A program made the translations under genes and the position numbers. The notes under the pieces are model-generated. The model did not search any database, was not told where the DNA came from, and worked only from the letters and a program-made list of their open reading frames with translations. From Syntrophobacteraceae bacterium (GTDB lineage: Bacteria > Desulfobacterota > Syntrophobacteria > Syntrophobacterales > Syntrophobacteraceae), in the NCBI GenBank assembly GCA_049964955.1, contig JBMFWU010000005.1:4090-68089 (forward strand): a DNA stretch of 64,000 nucleotides, in the 5' to 3' direction. The stretch's first letter is position 1; every line of letters starts with the position of its first letter. Below, in pieces: positions 1 through 7,879 of this stretch.

Positions 1-466
1 TGTTTCCCGCGGGGTGGTGGAACCCTTTTTGCCACCCGGGGCCCTGACCGCGATTGTGTCGCTCATAAAAGCTCCGGTTGTAGCGCTGGCCTTCGCGATG
101 TGTACGCCAGTAGGGATAGTGCCCCAGAAAACTCTGCCAGTAAGTGGGATGACCATGGTACCAGGTCGACCATCTGGGAGAATACCAGTCTCCAGGTCTG
201 ATTATATTGGTGTAGGGATAAGCATAATAGGGCGCCCATCCGTATCCGGGGCCGAAATAATAGTAGAGGACTCCGTCCAGAAACCAGTCCCCGTTGTAAT
301 ACACCCAGGGTGTGTCGGGCCCTACCCACGGTTGTGCATAGATGTCCGCGGGCGGGGGTGGGTAGTCGTAACCGTAATCCTGGGCAAAAGACGGCGAAGA
401 TGCCGCCGTGATCATGCCCCCAGCCAATACGACGACTGCCACAAGGGCAAAGGCGAATTTTTTCAT
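1..466 (-). CDS. secreted Tyr/Trp/Pro/Gly-rich protein, partial (C-terminal part lies beyond the left edge)
   Basis: ATG at 466-464 with GGAGG about 6 nt upstream. The frame stays open to base 2. N-terminus MKKFAFALVAVVVLAGGMITAASSPSFAQ looks like a Sec signal peptide. Mature part is aromatic/Pro-rich (YGYDYPPPP, WVYYNGDWF, GYGWAPYYAYPY). Not in the supplied ORF track because there is no stop in the window. Confidence 0.6.
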   Translation of the reverse strand, partial: MKKFAFALVAVVVLAGGMITAASSPSFAQDYGYDYPPPPADIYAQPWVGPDTPWVYYNGDWFLDGVLYYYFGPGYGWAPYYAYPYTNIIRPGDWYSPRWSTWYHGHPTYWQSFLGHYPYWRTHREGQRYNRSFYERHNRGQGPGWQKGFHHPAGN

Positions 467-620
467 ACCTGCCTCCAGAGAAGTTTTGGGAGATTTCCTG
501 CGCGTATCTACCTGCCTGTGTCATGTTAGGAGTCAAGCATCTCTTGAACAAGGGGTTTTTTCATGTTTTTTAATCTTCCTCTTCCTCCGCCCATGTCGCT
601 CCGCCCGCCCGCGAAGCAGG

Positions 621-667
621 CGGGCGACCCGGCAGCGGCGCCAGCCGCCGGGCGACCCGGCAGCGGC
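621..667. repeat. two 19-bp direct repeats CGGGCGACCCGGCAGCGGC (621-639, 649-667)
   Basis: Exact duplication read directly, period 28 bp, in the divergent intergenic region between the secreted-protein gene and the 892 ORF. Confidence 0.7.
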
Positions 668-891
668 AGCCGTCGCCAGACGTAGCAATCGGTTGAAAAG
701 TATGATATGGTAGCGGATAAATTTCGTCTGTCGATTTATGGTAGTGAGGCGCACTCGCGATTCGAGGAATTTTTTGTGCGAAGGCGCTGAAGAGGGCAGG
801 ATTTATTCCGGTTTTTCGAAGTATTGCGAAAGAGGCGTGAAAAGCTGTTGCCCTTTTCGCAGAACGCTAATATAAGGATAAGCGGCGCATT

Positions 892-1635
892 ATGGTGGCT
901 ACAACGATGAGCGAAAGCAAAAAGGTCCTACATTTCCCGACTGTTTCCCATCCCAGCATCGACGAGGTGCTGACGCTTTTTCTAAAGGACCAGCAAAAGC
1001 GGCTGAAATCCCGGACTTTCAACAGGTACGAGGAGGTCGTCGACCTTCTGCGCCATTGTCTGAACGGACACGGCTATCATGAACTCGACAGTTCTTCGGA
1101 GGTAGCGCTCTACGAAAAGCTCTATTTTCAAAAGAACCTGGAGTTCTGTTTTATTTTCGGTCCCGAAAAAATCGTTTCCTCCCTGCCCAATTTCTTGAAT
1201 TATTTCATGATTCGCAAGGTCATGGCTTCCGAGGCGCTCCTGCAGTCCGCAGGGGTGGTGGCGAAAAAATTGGCCAAGTGGCTGGAGGAAAACGGGTATA
1301 TCGGCAGGGAGGCGGCCAACCGGGTCATCAGCATGGCGGCCGAGGCGGCGAGAGAGCTTCCCGCTGCGGAACGGCTGGCGAGGCTGATCTACGAATATGC
1401 GCAGAGCCATGCGCCCAGGTACTGGACCGCCGAGTTGGACGACTACTTCGTCATCGACCAGATCCACCCCGGAATCCTGATCCTGTCGGGCATGGCGACC
1501 TCGGGGATCGTCGAGGTGCGCGTTCCCAAGGAGATAACCGACCATTGCCGCAAGGGCTGGCAGGTCAACCTGCTCCTTGGAAAGACCAAAAACGGGTGGT
1601 GCATCCTGGAAACAGGCAACGTTTATCCCAATTGA
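892..1635 (+). CDS. hypothetical protein
   Basis: 247-codon ORF with no competing better ORF. It ends just before a bidirectional hairpin. No family recognised. Confidence 0.5.
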   Translation: MVATTMSESKKVLHFPTVSHPSIDEVLTLFLKDQQKRLKSRTFNRYEEVVDLLRHCLNGHGYHELDSSSEVALYEKLYFQKNLEFCFIFGPEKIVSSLPNFLNYFMIRKVMASEALLQSAGVVAKKLAKWLEENGYIGREAANRVISMAAEAARELPAAERLARLIYEYAQSHAPRYWTAELDDYFVIDQIHPGILILSGMATSGIVEVRVPKEITDHCRKGWQVNLLLGKTKNGWCILETGNVYPN

Positions 1636-1658
1636 GTTTGCCGAAAAAAGTCAATTGT

Positions 1659-1686
1659 CAAAGGCGGGCGGTTCTGCCCGCCTTTG
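1659..1686. terminator. bidirectional intrinsic terminator hairpin
   Basis: CAAAGGCGGGC-ggttct-GCCCGCCTTTG perfect stem with A/T runs on both sides, between the convergent 892..1635 ORF and sodB. Confidence 0.7.
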
Positions 1687-1689
1687 GCT

Positions 1690-2283
1690 CTACGCAAGAC
1701 GCGAGTTCACAAAATCCCAGTCGATCAGATTATCGATAACGGCTTGTAAAAAATCGGGTCTTCTGTTCTGGTAGTCGAGGTAATAGGCATGCTCCCATAT
1801 GTCGATGGTCAGGAGGGGCTTGATGCCGTGGGCGATCGGCGTATCCGCGTTTGCGGTTTTCATCACCTCGAGTTTGCCCTCTTTTAGCACGAGCCAGGCC
1901 CAGCCGCTCCCAAACTGCGTGATGCCCGCATTCTTGAGGCTTTCGGCAAATTTTTCATAAGACCCTAAATCGGATTCGATCTTTTTCGCTACCTGTCCCG
2001 TAGGGCGGCCTCCCCCCCCGGGTTTGAGACAAGTCCAGAAAAACGAGTGGTTCCATGCCTGGGCGACGTTATTGAAAATTCCGATCCGGGAGGCATCCCC
2101 TGCAACTTCCTTGATTATCTTCTCCGAGTCCTCCTTTTCCAGGCCGGTCCCCTCGAGCAGTTTGTTCGCGTTGTCCACATACGCTTTGTGGTGCTTGCCG
2201 TGGTGGAACTCAAGGGTCTTCGCGCTGATATGAGGCTGGAGAGCATTTTTCGCATAGGGCAGGTCGGGTAATTTCAGGGCCAT
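1690..2283 (-). CDS. sodB: Fe-type superoxide dismutase (Fe/Mn SOD family)
   Basis: 197 aa. Motifs FHHGKHHKAYVDN, FNNVAQAWNHSFFW and DIWEHAYYLDYQNRRPDF are classic Fe/Mn-SOD signatures. Confidence 0.95.
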   Translation of the reverse strand: MALKLPDLPYAKNALQPHISAKTLEFHHGKHHKAYVDNANKLLEGTGLEKEDSEKIIKEVAGDASRIGIFNNVAQAWNHSFFWTCLKPGGGGRPTGQVAKKIESDLGSYEKFAESLKNAGITQFGSGWAWLVLKEGKLEVMKTANADTPIAHGIKPLLTIDIWEHAYYLDYQNRRPDFLQAVIDNLIDWDFVNSRLA

Positions 2284-2426
2284 GATGTTCTCCTTGTTTG
2301 GTTTTGCGGAAAAGCGGGGCGGAAGTCAAACTGCGTGAAAAATAAGCACCCGGCAGGGGATGCTCAAGGGAGGCGAAAAAGGCCGGTAAAATCGGTGAAT
2401 GGGTGGTGAATTTGATTGTGGGTTAC

Positions 2427-2454
2427 GCAACTAACAACTAACAACCAGCAACTA
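2427..2454 (-). repeat. heptanucleotide array, family B (4 units; TAGTTGY/TGGTTGT in minus-strand sense)
   Basis: GCAACTA ACAACTA ACAACCA GCAACTA on the plus strand. It begins 3 nt after the TGA stop (2457-2459) of the radical SAM gene, in that gene's sense. Confidence 0.85.
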
Positions 2455-2456
2455 TT

Positions 2457-3740
2457 TCATTCCAGCGGCGGGTTGAAGTAGCCGAGCCTGATGTTTGGAA
2501 ATTCCTCGCGGATCATCGCGATGAGACGGCTTACACCCAGCTTCTTTTCGTGCAGATCGGGTTTTAGGATCTCCAGATACCACTCCGGGTCAATGTTGAG
2601 GTTGCGCATCTGGATCAAATCGAGGCCCGTCTCCGAGATGAGTTTCTTTAAGGCGAGCCATTCGCTTTTCTGGTCGGTAACCCCCGGGAGGACAAAATAG
2701 TTGATCGATGCGAATCCTCCGTTGGCCTTCACCACGGAAAGGGAGCGGTGTGCCTGCTCGAAGCTGAATCCTTTGGGGCGAAAGTACTTCTCATACAATT
2801 CGGGGCGTGCGCTGTTCATGCTCACGCGGATGCTCTGAAGACCCGCGCGGCAAAGTCTTTCGACGGCTTGCGGAAGGCTCCCGTTGGTGTTGAGGTTGAT
2901 TGTGCCTCTGCCGGTAGCTCTACGGATCATCCGGATGGAGGCTTCCAGTACATCGGCCTGGAGCAGCGGTTCGCCTTCACAGCCCTGTCCGAAGCTCACC
3001 ACCGCCCGAGGCGCTTTTTGCAGGTGAGGCACGGCGACCCCGCTTATCTCTTCGGGAGAAGGAACGAAGGTGATGCGCTCCTGGGTTGCGCTCAATCCCG
3101 TTCCCTCCTGGCGGCTGATGCACCCCAGGCAGCGTGCGTTGCACTCCGGCGAAGAGGGAAGCGGCGCTTCCCAGCGGTTCATGAACAGGTTTTTGGCCGC
3201 AGGGCACCCGTAGGTGAGAGCACACTTGCCCAAGTGCTGCACCAGCCGGTTTTCCCGCTCCGTCTTCATGCGCTTGCGGGCGTTGCGTTCGATGAGTTTT
3301 CGGTCGAAATTACAGAAATCCTGCCGCCGGTCCCTGTCGATTCTTACCGCCGGGACCACAAATTCTCCGTTCAGCCAGCCCACCGCGGTGTAGGCGAAAA
3401 GAGGCAGGAGGGGCGCGCCGGCTTTGGTCCTGTAGGCCGGAGAAAAGAGATGGGTATAGGCCGGGGAAATGAAAGCGGCCACCGCGCGCACGGGTTTTGC
3501 CGTGTCGAAGGGATCGGCCGCGAGGGGTTCAAACCGGCGAAGCGTCGGGTTAAAACCCACCGGCACCCGCTCGGGCAAAAGAAACAGTTCGCTTCCTTCC
3601 GGCAGCGGAATCAGTTCGGACGCACGGGGGCATTTCCATTCGCCGGCGCTTGCGCCGGCCATTTCCAGGCCCGGCCAGTCGAGAACGTTGCCGTCGGCAT
3701 CGGCATAAACCAAAGCCGCTCTATTTTTCATTTCACTCAC
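2457..3740 (-). CDS. radical SAM protein with about 190-aa N-terminal domain of unknown function
   Basis: 427 aa. CNARCLGC (CxxxCxxC) cluster motif, followed by GQGCEGEPLL and a TIM-barrel-like region. Confidence 0.75.
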   Translation of the reverse strand: MSEMKNRAALVYADADGNVLDWPGLEMAGASAGEWKCPRASELIPLPEGSELFLLPERVPVGFNPTLRRFEPLAADPFDTAKPVRAVAAFISPAYTHLFSPAYRTKAGAPLLPLFAYTAVGWLNGEFVVPAVRIDRDRRQDFCNFDRKLIERNARKRMKTERENRLVQHLGKCALTYGCPAAKNLFMNRWEAPLPSSPECNARCLGCISRQEGTGLSATQERITFVPSPEEISGVAVPHLQKAPRAVVSFGQGCEGEPLLQADVLEASIRMIRRATGRGTINLNTNGSLPQAVERLCRAGLQSIRVSMNSARPELYEKYFRPKGFSFEQAHRSLSVVKANGGFASINYFVLPGVTDQKSEWLALKKLISETGLDLIQMRNLNIDPEWYLEILKPDLHEKKLGVSRLIAMIREEFPNIRLGYFNPPLE

Positions 3741-3861
3741 CCATTCCTTTGTTTACCCGCTCTTATAGCATATTCGGGTTTACACGGCATCAGCTTAAGG
3801 GGTATGGGTAAATGGAACTGCTGCCGGCAGCAGTGTACTTGACAGAAAACGGGGATATGTA

Positions 3862-5052
3862 ATGAGTAACGCCGCTAAGACCACGAGCGGGGCTTTGGGC
3901 CGCCGCATCAAAACCAATATCACGGGGCCGGAGCACCGGTTTGCGATTACTACGCCTGCCGAACTCGCCCCCCTGTGCCTAGACGAAGCGAATTCGCTTG
4001 ATATTCCCGCCCCGGAACTGAGCGAGGCGGGAGTCGAATTTACCGGACGGCTAAAAGACGCCTACACCGCCAATCTGTGGCTGAGAACGGCCGGTCGGGT
4101 GCTCTGTCGGCTTGAGTCCTTCCGTGCGGGCGTTGCCGAAGAGCTCTTCTACAAGGCTTCGCGGATCCCGTGGGAGCTTTGGCTCAGCCGGAAGATACCA
4201 ATCGACGTCGAAGCCGGCGTGCACTATTCCCGGATAAACAGCGAGGGCAGGGTGGCCGAGGTTATCCAGCAGGCTATCGAAAAATGCATCGGGCATCCGG
4301 GGATACCTCAGGGCGCCGGGGCGGAGTTCCGGCAAAAGATTCTCGTTCGCCTCGTCGACAACCACTGCCTTATCAGCCTGGACATGTCGGGAGCCCATCT
4401 CTATCAGAGAGGCTATCGCCTGCGCCATTCAGGGGCGCCTCTACGCGAGACCCTTGCCGCCGCAATTATACTCAAGGCGGGCTGGACGGGCGAGGAGCCC
4501 CTCGTGGACGGCATGTGCGGCTCGGGCGTATTCCCGATCGAGGCGGCCCTTATGGCGCGGCGGATTGCCCCGGGGCTTGCCCGCGAGTTTTTGTTTCAGA
4601 AGTGGCCTTCCTTTCAGGAAAAGACCTGGGAATTTCTGCGGCGAAAGGCCGTGGAGACAGTCTTGCCCAAAGCTCCTCAACCGATCGTTGGAATCGATAT
4701 CGATCCGGAGGCGATCGGGATAGCCGGTGAAAATTCGGGGCGCGCCGGGACCGGTGGTGATATCAGCTGGAAAAACGGGGATTTTTTCGACTTTTTCCCG
4801 GATAAAGAGGGACTGCGGAAAGGCCTTGTGGTTTTGAACCCGCCTTATGGAGTACGCATGGCCGCCGGCGGAACGGGTCTTTACGAAAGAATTGGCGCCC
4901 ACCTGAGACTCAATTTCAAGGGCTGGAGATATGCCGTTCTGGCCAAATCCCGGCTCGAAGCCGCCGCCCTGGGCGCCGGCCGGATGCGGTTGTGGAACAT
5001 CCGGCACGGAGGGTTGAATATCGTTGTGGCAATTGGAGGGAGTGAGCAGTGA
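3862..5052 (+). CDS. THUMP-type class I SAM-dependent RNA methyltransferase (RlmL/Trm14-like)
   Basis: 396 aa. DGMCGSG (SAM motif I) and VLNPPYG (motif IV). The N-terminal half resembles THUMP-containing RNA methylases. The last codons ...GGSEQ* are encoded by the heptamer array. Confidence 0.75.
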   Translation: MSNAAKTTSGALGRRIKTNITGPEHRFAITTPAELAPLCLDEANSLDIPAPELSEAGVEFTGRLKDAYTANLWLRTAGRVLCRLESFRAGVAEELFYKASRIPWELWLSRKIPIDVEAGVHYSRINSEGRVAEVIQQAIEKCIGHPGIPQGAGAEFRQKILVRLVDNHCLISLDMSGAHLYQRGYRLRHSGAPLRETLAAAIILKAGWTGEEPLVDGMCGSGVFPIEAALMARRIAPGLAREFLFQKWPSFQEKTWEFLRRKAVETVLPKAPQPIVGIDIDPEAIGIAGENSGRAGTGGDISWKNGDFFDFFPDKEGLRKGLVVLNPPYGVRMAAGGTGLYERIGAHLRLNFKGWRYAVLAKSRLEAAALGAGRMRLWNIRHGGLNIVVAIGGSEQ

Positions 5053-5106
5053 TCAGTGATAAGTGATCAGAGAAAGCTTCTGCTCCTCACTGCTCACTGC
5101 TCACTA
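5039..5106. repeat. heptanucleotide array, family A, two opposed arms
   Basis: Plus arm AGTGAGC AGTGATC AGTGATA AGTGATC (5041-5068), then spacer, then mirror arm CTCACTGCTCACTGCTCACTA (5086-5106). Each arm is in the sense of the gene it follows and contains that gene's stop codon. Confidence 0.85.
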
Positions 5107-5694
5107 TTTTTCCCTATACAGCCTCATGACTTCCTCGCAGGTGACCAGGGCTTTGAACATCAGGACTTCCTGTTCTATATTTTCCCTTCCGTTCATTTCC
5201 TGGCGGTCGACCAGGGCGAGGGCCCCGAGGATTTCAAAGCCTGCTTCCCGGCAGGCCGAAATGGCCTGGAGAGTGGAAGCGCCGGTTGTAACCACATCGT
5301 CGAGCACGACGACACGGTCTCCGCGTTTTACCTTGCCCTCGATGGAGGCAACGATCCCATGGTCCTTTTGGGCTTTTCTGACGATAAACGACTGGATCGG
5401 CCTGCCTCGCAGCCAGGAGGTGTAGGCGGCGGCATTGGCAAGCGCATCGGCTCCCAGGGTGAGACCTCCCACACCGTCCACCCGCAGGTCGCTCAATGCT
5501 TCGAACACCAGGTTTCCTATGAGGTACTGGCCCTCGGGGTCCAGAGTCACTTTCTTGCAGTTGAAGTAAAAGGGGCTCGTTCCGCCGTGGGCGAGTTTAA
5601 AGCCGGAGGTCTCGGAGTACTGGAAAGAGTAGTCGAAAACAAGCTTTACGAGGCGTTCACGCATTTTGTCGATATTGGGAACTTCACAATTCAT
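5104..5694 (-). CDS. pyrE: orotate phosphoribosyltransferase
   Basis: PRPP-binding motif VVVLDDVVTTGAST. Start set at ATG 5694 (MNCEVPNIDKMRERL; alternative ATG 5664), because the longer track ORF overlaps the upstream gene. Confidence 0.85.
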   Translation of the reverse strand: MNCEVPNIDKMRERLVKLVFDYSFQYSETSGFKLAHGGTSPFYFNCKKVTLDPEGQYLIGNLVFEALSDLRVDGVGGLTLGADALANAAAYTSWLRGRPIQSFIVRKAQKDHGIVASIEGKVKRGDRVVVLDDVVTTGASTLQAISACREAGFEILGALALVDRQEMNGRENIEQEVLMFKALVTCEEVMRLYREK

Positions 5695-6625
5695 CTGAAT
5701 TTTTCTCCTGTCGAAAGGGCCGGTTTTTGCCCTCATATAGCCCGTTTTCCTGCATATAGGTTCGAACGGCGTCAAGATTTCGCTGTTTCTCAAGTGCCCA
5801 CGCGGGGGCCACGAGTTCATCGGGATGCGGGTCTCCGGTGAGTCTCTGGACGATCACGTCCGGGGACAGAAGCGCAAGAAATTCTCCCGCCGCCGCCGCA
5901 TAATTTTCTCGTGTCATGCACGAATAGGCGCCGCTTATGAACATTTCATGGAGCGCGGTCCCCGCAATGACATAGAGCAGGTGTATTTTTACAGCCTGAA
6001 TGTCCTGAAGTGCAAGAAATCTCGCCGTATCGAGCATATTTTCGGTAGTTTCGCCGGGAAGGCCCAGGATGACGTGGGCGCAAACCGGGAGATTTCTCGC
6101 GCGGGCGCGCCGTACCGCATCAGCGAAAGCCTCGGCGCGGTGCCCTCTTCGGATACGCGCGAGGGTGGCATCATTTGCCGACTGGAGGCCTAACTCGAGC
6201 CAGATGAGACGGGTTTTGGCAAGCTCGGCCAGGTAGTCCAGGGTTTGGTCGGCTACGCAATCCGGGCGCGTGCCGATGCTGAGCCCCACGACGTCAGGGT
6301 CTTCGAGCGCCTCGTCGTAAAGTGCCCGGAGCCCGGGAAGCGGTGCATAGGTATTCGAAAACGACTGAAAATAGCCAATGAATTTTTTGGCCTTGTACTT
6401 CCGGGCAAGCCTCTCTTTTCCGGTTCGGATCTGTTCGGAAATGGATGCAAAAGAAGCTGCCCCGGTGCCCGAGCCCTTCTCGTTGCAGTATATGCAGCCC
6501 GAGCGCCCCAGGGTGCCGTCACGGTTCGGGCACGAAAGGCCTGCATCCAGAGATATCTTCTGCACCCGGCATCCGAAGGTCTCCCGCAGGTAGGAATTAT
6601 AGTCTCGGTAGAGTCTTTCGGCCAT
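5684..6625 (-). CDS. radical SAM protein, TIGR01212/YhcC-like
   Basis: ISLDAGLSCPNRDGTLGRSGCIYCNEKGSGTG and downstream motifs are typical of this family. Start set at ATG 6625 (MAERLYRDYNSYL). The 442-codon track ORF would overlap the divergent OmpA-like gene. Confidence 0.8.
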   Translation of the reverse strand: MAERLYRDYNSYLRETFGCRVQKISLDAGLSCPNRDGTLGRSGCIYCNEKGSGTGAASFASISEQIRTGKERLARKYKAKKFIGYFQSFSNTYAPLPGLRALYDEALEDPDVVGLSIGTRPDCVADQTLDYLAELAKTRLIWLELGLQSANDATLARIRRGHRAEAFADAVRRARARNLPVCAHVILGLPGETTENMLDTARFLALQDIQAVKIHLLYVIAGTALHEMFISGAYSCMTRENYAAAAGEFLALLSPDVIVQRLTGDPHPDELVAPAWALEKQRNLDAVRTYMQENGLYEGKNRPFRQEKNSDEL

Positions 6626-6821
6626 GTTCTCTCGATCTGAAATGATGAAAGAGAGGGGACGCTTTTCTTCCCGCTTCCCGCTCCTGTCTTTGCGATTATA
6701 CCTTTGCTCTCTTTGAATGTCAGCTTTGCATTCTCGCCCGATGAGGACTTGCATTGGCCGGCGGGGTCTGATATTGGGGAGTTGGGCGAAGATCGAAAAA
6801 TCTATCCACACGAGGGACGGT

Positions 6822-7361
6822 ATGAGAAAGGCATGGCCCCTTTGGGCGCTTATCTGCTTTCTGCCCCTGGGCGGCTGCGGCACTGTGGGCACCAGCTCCG
6901 GAACCAGCCCGATCACCTGCGGGGTCAACGGGTCGCAAGGGACGAAATGCGATTTGTCGACAGACCTCGTGCGCCTTCTCGGAGCGCAGGTCACAAAACA
7001 AAAGGGCAGCATCTACGTAACCATACCCTCCGATTCGTTGTTCCAACCGGATGGCGACAAGATGAAGATTTCCGACATGGCCGATATGGACGCTTTGGCC
7101 AATGCCGGGAAAAAATACCCGCACATGAACATAAAAGTGAAAGTCTACACGGATTGTGCTCATTCGGAGACTCGGGACCTTATTTTGACCGAGCTGGAGG
7201 CGTGGCTGATAAAGCGTGCCCTTGTGGACCGCGGGATACCGGCCGGCCGGATCTCGGCGCAGGGTTGGGGCGAAGCGAGGCCGGTCGCATCGAACGCCAC
7301 TGCAAATGGCAGAAAGGCAAACCGGCGTGTGCTGATAATCTTCGAGCCGGGGGCATCCTGA
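6822..7361 (+). CDS. OmpA-family lipoprotein (peptidoglycan-associated)
   Basis: MRKAWPLWALICFLPLGGC lipobox after a GAGGGA RBS. C-terminal OmpA-like motif (...YTDCAHSETRDLILTELEAWLIKRAL...GRKANRRVLIIF). Confidence 0.75.
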   Translation: MRKAWPLWALICFLPLGGCGTVGTSSGTSPITCGVNGSQGTKCDLSTDLVRLLGAQVTKQKGSIYVTIPSDSLFQPDGDKMKISDMADMDALANAGKKYPHMNIKVKVYTDCAHSETRDLILTELEAWLIKRALVDRGIPAGRISAQGWGEARPVASNATANGRKANRRVLIIFEPGAS

Positions 7362-7383
7362 TGGGCGGTCAAGGAGTCAATAC

Positions 7384-7848
7384 ATGAGCCTGCAATCGGT
7401 CCGCGCATTTCTCTTTGAACATGCGCCGGACCTTGAAATAATAGAAAAACCATCGAGTACGGCAACAGTTGCAGAAGCCGCTCAGGCGCACGGAGTTGCG
7501 CCCGGACAGATTGCCAAAACGCTCACGCTGTGGCTGAAGGGTGAAGTCATCCTGCTGATTCTGGGTGGCGACGCCAAGATCGACAACCGAAAGTTCAAGG
7601 ATCGGTTCAACGGCAAAGCTAGGATGCTCAGTGGGGACGAGGTCGTCGAGTGGACCGGTCACCCTGTGGGGGGCGTGTGCCCGTTCGGCTTGCCGCAGCA
7701 ATTGAAGGTCTTCGCCGATGTGACATTGAAAAAATTCGATGTCGTCCTTCCCGCGGCAGGCGCCACAAATGCTGCGCTACGGATAACCCCCGATCGCCTG
7801 ATTGAGCTCGTCGGCGCCGAGTGGGTCGATGTGGCGACTGATTACTGA
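7384..7848 (+). CDS. YbaK/EbsC-family aminoacyl-tRNA deacylase
   Basis: 154 aa. HPVGGVCPFGL and overall pattern are typical of YbaK/ProX trans-editing domains. Confidence 0.75.
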   Translation: MSLQSVRAFLFEHAPDLEIIEKPSSTATVAEAAQAHGVAPGQIAKTLTLWLKGEVILLILGGDAKIDNRKFKDRFNGKARMLSGDEVVEWTGHPVGGVCPFGLPQQLKVFADVTLKKFDVVLPAAGATNAALRITPDRLIELVGAEWVDVATDY

Positions 7849-7879
7849 CCACCGTTCACCGTTCACTGCTCACTGCTCA
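7845..7879 (-). repeat. heptanucleotide array, family A, single arm
   Basis: Minus-strand sense reads TGAGCAG TGAGCAG TGAACGG TGAACGG TGGTCAG TAA. The first TGA is the stop of the rsmG-fusion gene. The far end overlaps the ybaK stop on the other strand. Confidence 0.85.

Noticed and set aside
14-551. Track ORFs 14..529 (+) and 63..551 (-)
   Set aside because: The third frame on the minus strand has an RBS, an ATG and a signal peptide, and stays open to the window edge. These two ORFs are out-of-frame shadows of it.
892-1635. Tyrosine recombinase/integrase call for the 247-aa ORF
   Set aside because: Only a vague resemblance to a core-binding helix pattern near the N-terminus. There is no catalytic R-H-R-Y region.
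5684-7012. N-terminally extended versions of several ORFs (5684..7012, 5104..5820, 26007..27020, 26440..27288, 45758..46807, 50658..52052, 38426..39475, 7877..9469)
   Set aside because: The recognisable protein begins at an internal ATG with an RBS. The upstream extensions overlap neighbouring genes or run through intergenic repeats.
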